A stretch of DNA of 64,000 bases from Chitinophaga pinensis (GCA_945863605.1 CAMAZP010000001.1:152272-216271), one strand, 5' to 3'; shown: positions 49,460-59,923, counted from the stretch's first letter. Made by a program: numbers and translations. The notes: generated by a model not told the origin, from the letters alone.

Positions 49460-50350
49460 TTATTTCTTAAAATTCGGAGCAACGATTAAATCCTTCGTTC
49501 CGTGTGTCCAAGAATAGAAACCTTGTCCTGATTTCACACCTTTTTTACCAGCAGTCACCATGTTTACTAAAAGCGGACACGGTGCATATTTTGGATTTCC
49601 AAAACCATCGTGAAGCACTTGTAAAATTGCCAAACACACATCTAAACCAATAAAATCAGCTAATTGTAAAGGTCCCATTGGATGTGCCATTCCCAATTTC
49701 ATTACTGTATCGATTTCTTCAACACCAGCAACACCTTCATACAACGAATAAATCGCTTCGTTGATCATAGGCATTAAAATTCTATTTGCGATAAATCCCG
49801 GGTAATCGTTTACTTCAGTAGGAACTTTATTTAATTTTTTTGAAGTTTCCATAATCAAATTTGTGACCTCATCCGAAGTAGAATAACCACGAATAATTTC
49901 AACTAATTTCATCACCGGAACAGGATTCATAAAATGCATTCCAATTACTTTATCAGGACGATTCGTTACAGATGCAATTTTAGTAATCGAAATCGAAGAA
50001 GTGTTTGTTGCTAAAATCACGTGAGGCTCTGTCGCTGCGTCTAAATCTTTGAAAATTTTCAATTTCAAATCAATATTTTCAGTTGCTGCTTCAACCACTA
50101 AATCAACACCTTTCACTCCGTCAGGAATAGCTGTAAAAGTGGCAATATTTGAAAGAGTTGCATCTTTATCTGCTTCAGTTAAAGCTCCTTTTGTAACTTG
50201 ACGATCTAAGTTTTTACCAATTGTGGCAATCGCTTTATCTAAAGAAGTTTGCGAAACATCAATTAAATTTACTTTATATCCAAATTGGGCAAATACGTGA
50301 GCTATTCCATTTCCCATCGTTCCAGCTCCAACAACAGCAACATTTTTCAT
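49460..50350 (-). CDS. 3-hydroxybutyryl-CoA / 3-hydroxyacyl-CoA dehydrogenase
   Basis: VGAGTMGNGIA Rossmann motif and the HFMNPVPVMKLVE and GPLQLADFIGLD motifs. Confidence 0.85.
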   Translation of the reverse strand: MKNVAVVGAGTMGNGIAHVFAQFGYKVNLIDVSQTSLDKAIATIGKNLDRQVTKGALTEADKDATLSNIATFTAIPDGVKGVDLVVEAATENIDLKLKIFKDLDAATEPHVILATNTSSISITKIASVTNRPDKVIGMHFMNPVPVMKLVEIIRGYSTSDEVTNLIMETSKKLNKVPTEVNDYPGFIANRILMPMINEAIYSLYEGVAGVEEIDTVMKLGMAHPMGPLQLADFIGLDVCLAILQVLHDGFGNPKYAPCPLLVNMVTAGKKGVKSGQGFYSWTHGTKDLIVAPNFKK

Positions 50351-50523
50351 ATAATTTTTATTTTTGTTTTACAAATATAGGCACGATTCATTGATTGAAG
50401 CATAAAGTTTTCTTGACTTTTTAAAATAATTATAAAAGCAATAAGTTTGATTTTTAAATTCAATTAACTTTATCAAAAAGAAATAATTTTACTTGTAAAT
50501 TTAATAAAAACTAAATTTGGCAT

Positions 50524-50964
50524 ATGCTTACAGTACGAGAATTAATAGATAAAGAGGAGATGTTAAAATACATTCACGTATTAAATGATTTATACCCATC
50601 TTTGACTTTGGGACAATATTCTAAAGAATTAGATTTAATGTTGCCTCACAATTATAATCAAGTAGGAGTTTTCGATGATGAAGAATGTCTTGGGTTAAGT
50701 GGTTTTTGGTTAGGGAATAAATTGTGGTGTGGAAAATATTTAGAATTAGATAATATAATAGTAGCATCCTCACATAGAAGTAAGGGGATTGGAAAATTGA
50801 TAGTTGATTTTTTAACTAAAAAAGCCCAAGAGAATGATTGCACTATGATGGCTCTAGATTCATATACTTCTAACTTCAAAGCACATAAATTTTTCTACAA
50901 TGAAGGTTTCGAACCTAAAGGTTTTCATTTTATTAATATTTTGAAGCCTGAGGGTGTGAGATAA
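50524..50964 (+). CDS. GNAT-family N-acetyltransferase
   Basis: Acetyl-CoA binding motif SSHRSKGIGKLIV, 146 aa. Confidence 0.7.
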   Translation: MLTVRELIDKEEMLKYIHVLNDLYPSLTLGQYSKELDLMLPHNYNQVGVFDDEECLGLSGFWLGNKLWCGKYLELDNIIVASSHRSKGIGKLIVDFLTKKAQENDCTMMALDSYTSNFKAHKFFYNEGFEPKGFHFINILKPEGVR

Positions 50965-51035
50965 CATTTTTTAAATTTATCAACTAAAAAACAGTAATCA
51001 AATTGTTTGATTTTCGATTAGAATAAAATTATTAT

Positions 51036-51782
51036 CTATTGTAATTTATTTTCCTTAACAAAATATCCTAAAAACTCTCTATTTCCGTCGCCGCCCAAAA
51101 TTGGAGAATCCATCACATCTTGAAAAACTAAATTGTTTTTTTCGCACATATTCTTAACGTTTTCAATCACTTCAGGATATAGAGCAGTATTTTTTACAAT
51201 ACCATTCTTGTTCAAATTTACTTTTCCTACTTCAAATTGTGGTTTTATTAATAAAACTACCCATGCTTTTTCTTTTAAAAATACATGAACAAATGGAATT
51301 GTTTTTTCTAATGAAATAAAGGAAACATCCACCACCAAACCCTCAACTAACTCAGGAATCAATTTTGTTGTCAGGTCGCGTACATGCGTTTTCTCAAGGT
51401 TGATGACACGCTCATCTTCTTTAATTCGTTGATGTAATTGATTAGAACCGACGTCCACGCAAAAAACTTTAGAAGCTTTATTTTGTAATAGCACTTCAGT
51501 GAATCCGCCAGTTGAAGCACCTAAATCGATGAATGTTTTATCTGTACAATCTAAATTCCATTTATCAAGTGCCCCAATCAATTTCAAAGCGCCTTTTGAA
51601 ACCCAAGGTATTTCTTCGCCAAGTACTTGAATTTCAACGTCAATTGGGAATTTTTTTCCAGGTTTTGTAATCAGTTTTCCGTTGATTAGAACTCCTGATT
51701 CTGTGATTATTTGTTCAGCACGAACACGAGTCGTAACTAGTTTTCGTTCGATTAATATTTTGTCTAAACGTTCCTCTGACAT
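51036..51782 (-). CDS. tlyA: TlyA-family rRNA (cytidine-2'-O)-methyltransferase
   Basis: N-terminal S4-like RLDKILIERKLVTTRVRAEQ and the FtsJ-type DLGASTGGFT motif. Confidence 0.85.
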   Translation of the reverse strand: MSEERLDKILIERKLVTTRVRAEQIITESGVLINGKLITKPGKKFPIDVEIQVLGEEIPWVSKGALKLIGALDKWNLDCTDKTFIDLGASTGGFTEVLLQNKASKVFCVDVGSNQLHQRIKEDERVINLEKTHVRDLTTKLIPELVEGLVVDVSFISLEKTIPFVHVFLKEKAWVVLLIKPQFEVGKVNLNKNGIVKNTALYPEVIENVKNMCEKNNLVFQDVMDSPILGGDGNREFLGYFVKENKLQ

Positions 51783-51931
51783 TTTTTTTGTTGTAAACCC
51801 AATTCAAAATTGAATTAGGTTGTAAAGGTAGTATTTAGTTAATGAATAAAAATAAAACAAAAAAAACTAGGGTTTATGAATTTACATTTTGATTATATAA
51901 ATTAACTTTATCAGTCCTCAATAATAAAATA

Positions 51932-54160
51932 ATGGCAAAATTTCATTTCTTACTATTTTTTTTGTCACATTCTATTGGCGTTTTTTCTCAATTTCAATTT
52001 GATTTCAAACAATCTTTACCAGTTTTTAAAGCAGGAAACACTCTTAAAATGCCATGGACTGGAGGATTAAATTACGTTCAAGTTTCACAGATTGATGTTG
52101 ACTTTGATGGCGATTTAGATTTGTTTGTGTTTGACAGAAGCAGCGATCAAATCCGCATTTTTAAGCAAGTGGAAATCAATAATGTAAAATCGTATGAATT
52201 TGCACCAATGGCTTACTTGCAATTCCCAACTGATTTGCGTTATCGCGTTCAAATTTTAGATTACAACCAAGACGGCAAAAACGACATTTTCACTTATGGA
52301 ATTGGTGGAATGAAAGTTTATAAAAACATCGGCAACGCACAAGAAGGATTGAAATGGGAATTGGCAAAATCACTTCTTTATTCTGTTTATAATGGTTCGG
52401 ACCTAAATTTATATGTTAGTTCGAGTGACATTCCTGCAATTGTTGATGTTGAGAATGATGGCGATTTGGATTTTTTGACCTTCCATATTGGGGGTGAACA
52501 TTTGCAATACCATCAAAACCAAAGTATGGAATTATATGGTCACTCAGATTCATTGGTTTTTGTACTGAAAAACGAATGTTGGGGAGGATTCAAAGAAGAT
52601 GTGAATACTAATTCGGTTATACTTAACGACCCAACAGCTCCTTGTGCGATTGGAAATGTTCCTGATGCACAAAAAAGTAAACAAGAAAACGAAAAAGCAC
52701 ATGCAGGTTCAACTGTCTTGGCACTTGATATTGATGGTTCAGGTGTGAAAGATTTGATTTTAGGTGATGTTGCTTATCCAAATATGAATTTACTTATTAA
52801 CGGAGGAACAGCGCCAAATACCAATTCATTGCTGATTTCTGCGGATGTCAATTTTCCTTCTAATTCGACGCCTATAAATATGCAATTGTTTCCTGCTGCT
52901 TTTTGGGAAGATGTTGATTTTGATGGCAAAAAAGATTTGATTGTTGCACCCAATGCAAAAAACGCTTCTGAAAATGAAACGAGTGTGATGAAGTACCGTA
53001 ATTCAGGTACAAATAGCAATCCTAATTTTATTTTTGAAACGAAAAGTTTCTTGCAAAGCGATATGATTGAAAACGGCACTGCTTCTGTTCCAGTTTTGGT
53101 TGACATCAACAACGACGGACTGTTGGATTTGTTTGTGGCTAATTATTATTCCTATAAACCAACACTTTCAAAATACAGTAGAATCGCATATTACCGTAAT
53201 ACAGGAACAAGCACAGAACCAAAATTCACCTATATTGAAAATGATTTTTTAAACCTTTCTTCTACGAATTATGGCTTAAAAATCACTCCAACATTTGGCG
53301 ATTTAGATGGCGACTCAAAGAAAGATTTATTGCTTGGTCTGGAAAATGGAACGTTAGTTTACTATAAAAATACAACAACTGGTTCGAATCCAACTTTTGC
53401 AAATCCTGTTTTGAATTACACCGACAATACGGGAGAAATTATCAATATGGGGCAATTTGCAGCACCTCAACTTTTTGATTTGAACAAAGATGGAAAATTG
53501 GATTTAATCATTGGAAAGAAAACGGGAGAACTCGTTTATTATCAAAACGTTGGAACGACCACAAATCCGCAATTTGAGCTTCAAAATAGTAATTTAGGTG
53601 GAATTGATGTCGCAATTACAAATCCAGATGGGTTTCCTATTCCAAACTTTTTTAGTTACAACGACACCACTTATTTAATGCTGGGAGCTTATGACGGAGC
53701 TATTCGTTTTTATGATTCAATAGATTTAAACTTAGCAAGTGGTTCAACTTTTCGTCTGAGAACCTTTAATTTTCTTGGCTTACAAAAAGAAATTGGAACC
53801 TTTAGCGCTTGTGCTGTTACTGATATTGATGCAAACGGAAAATTAGATTTATTCGTCGGTCAAGATTTAGGTGGTATTTTCCATTTAGAACACATAGAAG
53901 GAAGCAATTTAGGAATCAATGAAATTGAAAGTGTTCATGAAATTAGTGTATTCCCAAATCCTTTTGAAAACGAAATAACGATTAAATCTTCCATCGAAGA
54001 AGAACTTGAAATCTATAATTATTTGGGTCAAAAAGTGGAAGAACTTAAAATCGAAATTGGCGAGAATAAGTTTGAGTTCACCAAAAAATCAAATGGAATT
54101 TATCTTTTGAAATTTAAAAATTCGGGAAGAATTGTGAAGCTTGTTTCAATCAAGAATTAA
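51932..54160 (+). CDS. FG-GAP/VCBS-repeat protein with a T9SS type A C-terminal sorting domain
   Basis: Repeated D.D.DGD.D Ca-binding loops (DVDFDGDLDLFVFD, DVENDGDLDF, DLNKDGKLDLIIG and others). The C-terminus VFPNPFENEITIKS...GIYLLKFKN..IVKLV is type A CTD-like. Confidence 0.75.
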   Translation: MAKFHFLLFFLSHSIGVFSQFQFDFKQSLPVFKAGNTLKMPWTGGLNYVQVSQIDVDFDGDLDLFVFDRSSDQIRIFKQVEINNVKSYEFAPMAYLQFPTDLRYRVQILDYNQDGKNDIFTYGIGGMKVYKNIGNAQEGLKWELAKSLLYSVYNGSDLNLYVSSSDIPAIVDVENDGDLDFLTFHIGGEHLQYHQNQSMELYGHSDSLVFVLKNECWGGFKEDVNTNSVILNDPTAPCAIGNVPDAQKSKQENEKAHAGSTVLALDIDGSGVKDLILGDVAYPNMNLLINGGTAPNTNSLLISADVNFPSNSTPINMQLFPAAFWEDVDFDGKKDLIVAPNAKNASENETSVMKYRNSGTNSNPNFIFETKSFLQSDMIENGTASVPVLVDINNDGLLDLFVANYYSYKPTLSKYSRIAYYRNTGTSTEPKFTYIENDFLNLSSTNYGLKITPTFGDLDGDSKKDLLLGLENGTLVYYKNTTTGSNPTFANPVLNYTDNTGEIINMGQFAAPQLFDLNKDGKLDLIIGKKTGELVYYQNVGTTTNPQFELQNSNLGGIDVAITNPDGFPIPNFFSYNDTTYLMLGAYDGAIRFYDSIDLNLASGSTFRLRTFNFLGLQKEIGTFSACAVTDIDANGKLDLFVGQDLGGIFHLEHIEGSNLGINEIESVHEISVFPNPFENEITIKSSIEEELEIYNYLGQKVEELKIEIGENKFEFTKKSNGIYLLKFKNSGRIVKLVSIKN

Positions 54161-54182
54161 TCAATTGAATTTGTAATTTATT

Positions 54183-55334
54183 CTATTTCAAATCAAAACT
54201 TTTTCTAAAGAATAATTTTTGAAACCATAATTCAAAAGCTGGATCTAGAAATTCGAGCTTTCCATTTTCATCAGAAATAATATCTGCATTGATTAGAATT
54301 CCTTTGTTTTTAGTTACGCTTGCAGAAGTTCCAAGATGAAATTTTTGAATTGATTCTTTGCTACTCAGTTTTGGTTCTTGACTGGAAATCGCCTTTAACA
54401 AATTGACTTGAGTTGTACTCAACGTTTCTATTTCGCGTTGATACATAGGAGAATTTGCATGAATTAATTCTTGTAAAGCATTGTTTATTTCCTCAATTCC
54501 AGCAATTTTATCCGTCGATTGCCATGTATAATGCGCCAATTGTTGCACATACCAAGAATGGTCTTTCATCAAAGTTGGAATCCAAGCTGCGGTTTCTTGA
54601 CTAATTGATTTTTCCGTTTGTAAAAAGCTATCGACAATGAAAGAAATCCATTTTTCACGTTTGATTTTTTGCAACATTAGGATTGTTCCGAAGCGGTAAA
54701 AAGGCTTGGATGGATTGTTGAAAATATCAGTCATCATGTGGCGCTTGCTTCCATACAAGCAATAGGTCACTTTTTTCTGACGTTGCCACGTTGCACGCAT
54801 CGCTTTTTCTAGTTGTTCGAACTCCTGAAAATTGGATAAATTCTGAAATTCGTCCAAGCAAATAATGAATTCTATTCCTTTTGCTTCGGCAATTTTTTCA
54901 GGCAAATTGAGAATTTCAGTTCGGTGTTTCTTCAATTCATTCCAATCAAAACTCAAGCTAAAATCTGTCAATGGGTCAAGTCCGAGTGATAATTTTGGAA
55001 TCAACTGCTGAAAAAACTCTTTACCCGAATTTATCCAATCTTGCAAAACAGAAGAAGAGGCTTTGATGACTTCTTTGGCAAATAATTCTAAAAAATCTTC
55101 TTCGCTTGAAACAGAAAATAAATCAATACTTACCGTTCTAAATTGACTTTTTTCAGCGTTTAATTTATAGATTACTTTCTCGACAAGCGATGATTTACCC
55201 CAGCGGCGAGGCGAAATCAACATCGTATTTATTCCTTGCGTTAGATTTTTTGTCAATTTAGCGACTTCTTCTTCACGATTCGTAAAACTATCAACACTAA
55301 CTGTAGTTCCAAATAAAAAGGGTGACTTGCTCAT
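54183..55334 (-). CDS. Orphan AAA-type ATP-binding protein (archaeal-ATPase / ATPase_2-like with a C-terminal winged-helix-like region)
   Basis: Walker A SPRRWGKSSL and Walker B FIICLDEFQ. The C-terminal LSTTQVNLLKAIS segment resembles the wHTH of this family. Confidence 0.65.
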   Translation of the reverse strand: MSKSPFLFGTTVSVDSFTNREEEVAKLTKNLTQGINTMLISPRRWGKSSLVEKVIYKLNAEKSQFRTVSIDLFSVSSEEDFLELFAKEVIKASSSVLQDWINSGKEFFQQLIPKLSLGLDPLTDFSLSFDWNELKKHRTEILNLPEKIAEAKGIEFIICLDEFQNLSNFQEFEQLEKAMRATWQRQKKVTYCLYGSKRHMMTDIFNNPSKPFYRFGTILMLQKIKREKWISFIVDSFLQTEKSISQETAAWIPTLMKDHSWYVQQLAHYTWQSTDKIAGIEEINNALQELIHANSPMYQREIETLSTTQVNLLKAISSQEPKLSSKESIQKFHLGTSASVTKNKGILINADIISDENGKLEFLDPAFELWFQKLFFRKSFDLK

Positions 55335-55348
55335 TACTCAATTTTCTA

Positions 55349-55356
55349 CAAATATA
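55349..55356 (-). promoter_or_regulatory. Candidate -7 box (TATATTTG) of the ATPase gene
   Basis: Matches TAnnTTTG on the minus strand, 14 nt upstream of the ATG. No TTTG sits at the expected -33 position. Confidence 0.35.
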
Positions 55357-55359
55357 GAA

Positions 55360-55409
55360 AACTTACTTGATAGTAACTTACTTGATAGTAACTTACTATT
55401 TAGTAAGTT
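55360..55409. repeat. Two 15-bp direct repeats followed by a related 20-bp palindrome, a possible operator
   Basis: AACTTACTTGATAGT twice (55360-55374, 55375-55389), then AACTTACTATTTAGTAAGTT (55390-55409), which has perfect 9-bp arms. Confidence 0.8.
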
Positions 55410-55446
55410 GGTTTTATGTTTTTATCTAATTGATTTTCAGATACTT

Positions 55447-56262
55447 TTAAAGGTAGTCATTGAAAATTAGACTATTTTTAAAATCATCAGAACAGGAAAT
55501 TAATTCATTTTTTTGCTTAAAGATTCCGAAAACAGACGAACCACTTCCTGACATAGAAGCGTAGATTGCTCCACTTTTCAATAATTCATTTTTTAGTTCT
55601 GCAATTTTAGGATGATTCATAAAAATCGAAGTTTCAAAGTCATTAACTATGAACTCTTGCCAAGCTGAGACTGGATTTTCGAGTAAAGATTCTAACGATT
55701 TTTCTTTATGAAATGGTTTAACTCCAGCATAGGCTTCTTTCGTTCCAACGTGAATTCCTGGATTGAGTAAGATTAAGTAGTATCCTTTCAAAGTTAGGTT
55801 TATCGCTGTTAGTTTCTCACCTCTTCCTCTCGCCATCTGAGCTTCATTTTTAATAAAAAAAGGACAATCGCTACCCAATTCTGCAGCTAAATTCTCTAAA
55901 ATTTCAGTTGAAAGTTGAAGTTGAAACAATTCGTTTAAACCACTTAAAACATAAGCTGCATCTGATGAACCACCACCTAAACCAGCACCCATCGGTATTT
56001 GCTTGCGTAAGTGCATCATCACATTTGGGATAGCATATTTTTCTTGTAATAATCGAAATGCTTTTTCACATAAATTATCACTTGAAGTACCAGGGATTTT
56101 TAATCCTGTTTGTTTAAATGAAAATTCATTGGCGGGCAAAATTTCAATAACATCATAAAATGGAATTGGGAGCATACACGTTTCCAGCTCGTGGAAACCA
56201 TCATTCCTTTTTTTGAGAATACTCAATCCAAGATTAATTTTTGCCGGAGGAAATAAAATCAT
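55447..56262 (-). CDS. ispE: 4-(cytidine 5'-diphospho)-2-C-methyl-D-erythritol kinase
   Basis: KINLGL, the PMGAGLGGGSSDAA GHMP-kinase motif, and SGSGSSVFG. Confidence 0.9.
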   Translation of the reverse strand: MILFPPAKINLGLSILKKRNDGFHELETCMLPIPFYDVIEILPANEFSFKQTGLKIPGTSSDNLCEKAFRLLQEKYAIPNVMMHLRKQIPMGAGLGGGSSDAAYVLSGLNELFQLQLSTEILENLAAELGSDCPFFIKNEAQMARGRGEKLTAINLTLKGYYLILLNPGIHVGTKEAYAGVKPFHKEKSLESLLENPVSAWQEFIVNDFETSIFMNHPKIAELKNELLKSGAIYASMSGSGSSVFGIFKQKNELISCSDDFKNSLIFNDYL

Positions 56263-56345
56263 ACAACAAAGTTAAAATTTTAGGAATTTGATATTAGAAA
56301 AAAATAGAACGACATTATGTTAGTAGTTATTTAAAAATCTATGAC

Positions 56346-56374
56346 AAAAAAAAAGCCTCGTTTCACAACGAGAC
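56346..56374 (-). terminator. Rho-independent terminator of the cold-shock gene
   Basis: The minus-strand RNA GUCUCGUU-GUGA-AACGAGGC is followed by nine U. Confidence 0.8.
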
Positions 56375-56397
56375 TTTTAATACGGAATTGATACTAA

Positions 56398-56589
56398 TTA
56401 TGCTTTTTTAACATTAACTGCGTTCAAACCTCTACGACCTTCTTGTAGATCGAATTCGACAGTGTCGTTCTCTTTAACTTTGTCGATTAATCCTGTCACG
56501 TGTACAAAATACTCTTTGTTCGTGTCTTCATCTACAACAAAACCAAAACCTTTGGTCTCATTGAAGAACTTTACTGTTCCTTTATTCAT
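56398..56589 (-). CDS. Cold-shock protein (CspA family)
   Basis: GTVKFFNETKGFGFV (RNP1) and FVHVTG (RNP2), 63 aa. Confidence 0.95.
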   Translation of the reverse strand: MNKGTVKFFNETKGFGFVVDEDTNKEYFVHVTGLIDKVKENDTVEFDLQEGRRGLNAVNVKKA

Positions 56590-56704
56590 TGTAATTTAAT
56601 TAATTTTGGTAAAGGTATACTTAATTAATTGAAAAACAAGTCTTTTGTAAAATCCTTTTAAAATTTAATTGAAATAAGTGAAAATAAGGTATTTATTATA
56701 AATT

Positions 56705-57010
56705 CTAAGCGCTTACAAACCCGTCAAAATGCGTTTCCACACTCCAAGCTTCTGCTTTAGCAGCAAACCAAGGTTTAATTGTTGGCCATAACTCACCGAA
56801 CAATTTTGAGTCGCGATAGCTATTTAGGGCTTCTTCTGAATCCCATATACTGTAGGTCATTATAATGCATGGATTATGTATATCTTTTAATAGTTTCATT
56901 CCTCGGCAACCAGGAAAACTTGCTACTTTCCATTTAACTGTTTCAAAATGTTCAAAAAATGTAGTTAATTTCTCTTCTTGAAAAGTTATTTTGACAATAC
57001 GAGTAAGCAT
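56705..57010 (-). CDS. Antibiotic-biosynthesis-monooxygenase (ABM, ferredoxin-like) family protein
   Basis: About 101 aa. The start MLTRIVKITFQEE at 57010 removes the overlap with the upstream gene. The pattern IMTYSIWDSEEALNSYR is typical of ABM domains. Confidence 0.55.
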   Translation of the reverse strand: MLTRIVKITFQEEKLTTFFEHFETVKWKVASFPGCRGMKLLKDIHNPCIIMTYSIWDSEEALNSYRDSKLFGELWPTIKPWFAAKAEAWSVETHFDGFVSA

Positions 57011-57014
57011 AAGA

Positions 57015-57866
57015 TTAAAAAAATGAATGAATGTCTTTTCGCGATCCTGCAGGTATAAACTCAATACGAATTATGTCACCAACACGAACTCCAAAAAGCT
57101 TTGTAGCTCCACCTGTACTTCCGTTCGCACCTCGGTTAATTGCTATTTCAAGTAAATCATTACTATTGAAAATCGCAACACGTTCTCCCATTGCTACATC
57201 GTTGTAATGCTCGGAAATAACATCAATGTGGTAACTTTTATCGACGTAATAAATAATAAAAGGTATGTTTGCTCCAAATCGTTCAAAATCTGACTTTTTA
57301 ACATTGGTAATAATGTTTCCGAAAGTATCTGTGTGAATAACAGTTCCTTGTATTAAATATTGTTCAATAATTGGTTTTTGAAGAAAAGCTTTTTTGTAGG
57401 TAAAAACTTCTTCTGTAAAACTTGTAATTGGAATATTCTTCGCAATTTTTGAAGCCAATTCTACAAAACAATTTTTAGCTGTGAATTTCAACATTTCAGG
57501 AAAAGATCCTATTGATGAAAAGCGATACATTTCATCTGGGACGTTTTCATCTAGAAATGAACCAAAAAATCCATTATCGTTGCAAATAATGAATTGATCT
57601 TTGTATTTCATAATCGTTGGGAAACTAATTGAATTTCCTTTCAAATTTGGTTCGCTATCTACTCCGATGATGTGAATACTACCTGCAGGAAATTCTTCAA
57701 AACAACATTGTAACTGAAAAGCCGCTTCTGCAACGTTAAAAGGTTTTATTGAGTGAGAAATATCAATAATGTTTGCACTTGGTAATTTCTTAAGTATAGC
57801 ACCTTTCATCGCCGCAACGTAAAAATCTTGTAAGCCAGAATCTGTTGTTAAAGTTATGATTTGCAT
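57015..57866 (-). CDS. SAM hydrolase / SAM-dependent halogenase family protein (DUF62, S-adenosyl-L-methionine hydroxide adenosyltransferase)
   Basis: The N-terminal ITLTTDSGLQDFYVAAMKGAI and the HTDTFGNIITN motif are characteristic of this family. Confidence 0.75.
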   Translation of the reverse strand: MQIITLTTDSGLQDFYVAAMKGAILKKLPSANIIDISHSIKPFNVAEAAFQLQCCFEEFPAGSIHIIGVDSEPNLKGNSISFPTIMKYKDQFIICNDNGFFGSFLDENVPDEMYRFSSIGSFPEMLKFTAKNCFVELASKIAKNIPITSFTEEVFTYKKAFLQKPIIEQYLIQGTVIHTDTFGNIITNVKKSDFERFGANIPFIIYYVDKSYHIDVISEHYNDVAMGERVAIFNSNDLLEIAINRGANGSTGGATKLFGVRVGDIIRIEFIPAGSRKDIHSFF

Positions 57867-57956
57867 GAAAAATCAGAATTCAGTATTCTAATAATTTATA
57901 ATTTTACCAAAAGTAATGTAATTAGATAAACCTTAAACCAAATACCTAGAAAATAG

Positions 57957-58979
57957 TTGAATACTGGAACAAGAAATTTAGAAATTACGGGTGTAAATCC
58001 CGCTGAATTATTTGGAATCAACGATGCCAATTTCAGACACATCAAAACATTTTTCCCGAAGCTAAAAGTCAATGCACGCGGCAATGTCATTACTTTAATC
58101 GGCGAAGACGAAGTAATGGACGAATTTGAACGAAAGTTTGATTTATTAGTCCAACATTATCACAAGTTCAATCACCTATCAGAAAACAACATTGATAATT
58201 TGATGTTGGCAGACGGCTCAAAAATGCTTTCTAACGACGATGGTTCTGAAACCTTGGTGCATGGAAACGGTGGGGTGAAAATAAAAGCGCGTACTGTTAA
58301 CCAAAAGAAATTAGTGCAAGCTGTCGATAAACACGATATGGTTTTCGCAGTTGGTCCTGCGGGTACTGGAAAAACGTACACCGCTGTTGCCCTTGCGGTT
58401 CGTGCCTTGAAAGCGAAAGAAGTAAAACGAATTGTTTTGACACGACCAGCGGTGGAAGCAGGAGAAAATTTAGGTTTTCTTCCTGGAGATTTGAAAGAAA
58501 AATTGGATCCTTATTTAATGCCTTTGTACGATGCCCTGCGCGATATGATTCCTGCTGAGAAATTGGCGGATATGTTGGAATTTGGCGTGATTGAAATTGC
58601 TCCACTTGCTTTTATGCGTGGAAGAACTTTAGATAAAGCTTTCGTGATTTTAGATGAAGCTCAAAATACCACTCCGATGCAAATGAAGATGTTCTTAACT
58701 CGAATGGGAATGACAGCGAAGTTTGTGATTACAGGAGATATGTCGCAAGTCGATTTACCACATAAACAGAAATCAGGTTTGGCTTACGTTCTTGATGTTC
58801 TAAAAGATATAGACGAAATTGGAATTGTTCGCCTCGGACAGAGCGATGTCATTCGCCATAGTTTAGTGAAGAAAATAGTTCAAGCTTTCGATGAAGTGGA
58901 AGCAGAAGAAAAGAAAAAAGAAGCAGCAGTGGCTGAAGAAAAAAGGAAATTTTATAAAGATAAACGCGACGAAAAATGA
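57957..58979 (+). CDS. phoH: PhoH-family ATPase
   Basis: [13 protein letters not shown] Walker [10 protein letters not shown] Walker [12 protein letters not shown]. It appears to start at a TTG, since no in-frame ATG is nearby. K/E-rich C-terminal tail. Confidence 0.8.
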   Translation: MNTGTRNLEITGVNPAELFGINDANFRHIKTFFPKLKVNARGNVITLIGEDEVMDEFERKFDLLVQHYHKFNHLSENNIDNLMLADGSKMLSNDDGSETLVHGNGGVKIKARTVNQKKLVQAVDKHDMVFAVGPAGTGKTYTAVALAVRALKAKEVKRIVLTRPAVEAGENLGFLPGDLKEKLDPYLMPLYDALRDMIPAEKLADMLEFGVIEIAPLAFMRGRTLDKAFVILDEAQNTTPMQMKMFLTRMGMTAKFVITGDMSQVDLPHKQKSGLAYVLDVLKDIDEIGIVRLGQSDVIRHSLVKKIVQAFDEVEAEEKKKEAAVAEEKRKFYKDKRDEK

Positions 58980-59923
58980 ATGCAATAACTTCTTCTGAAT
59001 TTAATTTTAAAGGACAAAAAGCTGTATATCACGGGAAAGTTCGTGATGTTTACACGCTTGAAAATGAGGTATTGGTGATGGTGGCTTCCGATAGAATTTC
59101 AGCTTTCGATAACATTCTACCAAAAGGAATTCCATACAAAGGACAAGTATTAAATCAAGTGGCAACAATGTTTCTTGAGGCAACAAAAGACATTGTACCA
59201 AATTGGTTGATTGCAACTCCAGATCCAAGTGTGGCTGTTGGTCTTGCATGTGAACCAATTCGAGTAGAGATGGTGATTAGAGGTTATTTAGCTGGACACT
59301 CAGCACGAGAATATAAGCTCGGCAAAAGAACACTTTGCGGTGTTACGCTTCCAGAAGGAATGAAAGAAAATGATCGTTTTCAAGAACCGATAATTACACC
59401 AGCAAGTAAAGCAGAAGAAGGACACGACGAAGATATTTCGCGTGAAGATATTATTGCAAATGGTATTGTTCCAGAAAATATTTATGTTCAAATGGAAAAC
59501 TATACGCGTGCTTTATTTAAACGAGGAACAGAAATGGCTGCTGCTAGAGGATTGATTTTAGTCGATACAAAATATGAGTTTGGAATGCGCAATGGCGAAG
59601 TCATTTTGATTGATGAAATTCACACACCCGATTCCTCGCGTTATTTCTATGCAGAAGGATACGAAGAACGCCAAGCGAACAACGAACCTCAAAAGCAGTT
59701 ATCGAAAGAATTCGTTCGTCAATGGTTGATTGAAAATGGTTTCCAAGGATTAAAAGGTCAAACGATGCCGTTTATGCCAAATGAGTTTGTGCAAACAATT
59801 ACCAATCGCTACATCGAGTTGTATGAACGCATCACAGGAAAAGAGTTTGTGAAATCTGACACTTCAGATATTCAAACGCGCATTCAAAAAAATGTGGATG
59901 CTTATTTAGAAAATTTAGTTTAA
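58976..59923 (+). CDS. purC: Phosphoribosylaminoimidazole-succinocarboxamide synthase
   Basis: [25 protein letters not shown] and [10 protein letters not shown] motifs. ATGA overlap with phoH. Confidence 0.95.
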   Translation: MNAITSSEFNFKGQKAVYHGKVRDVYTLENEVLVMVASDRISAFDNILPKGIPYKGQVLNQVATMFLEATKDIVPNWLIATPDPSVAVGLACEPIRVEMVIRGYLAGHSAREYKLGKRTLCGVTLPEGMKENDRFQEPIITPASKAEEGHDEDISREDIIANGIVPENIYVQMENYTRALFKRGTEMAAARGLILVDTKYEFGMRNGEVILIDEIHTPDSSRYFYAEGYEERQANNEPQKQLSKEFVRQWLIENGFQGLKGQTMPFMPNEFVQTITNRYIELYERITGKEFVKSDTSDIQTRIQKNVDAYLENLV

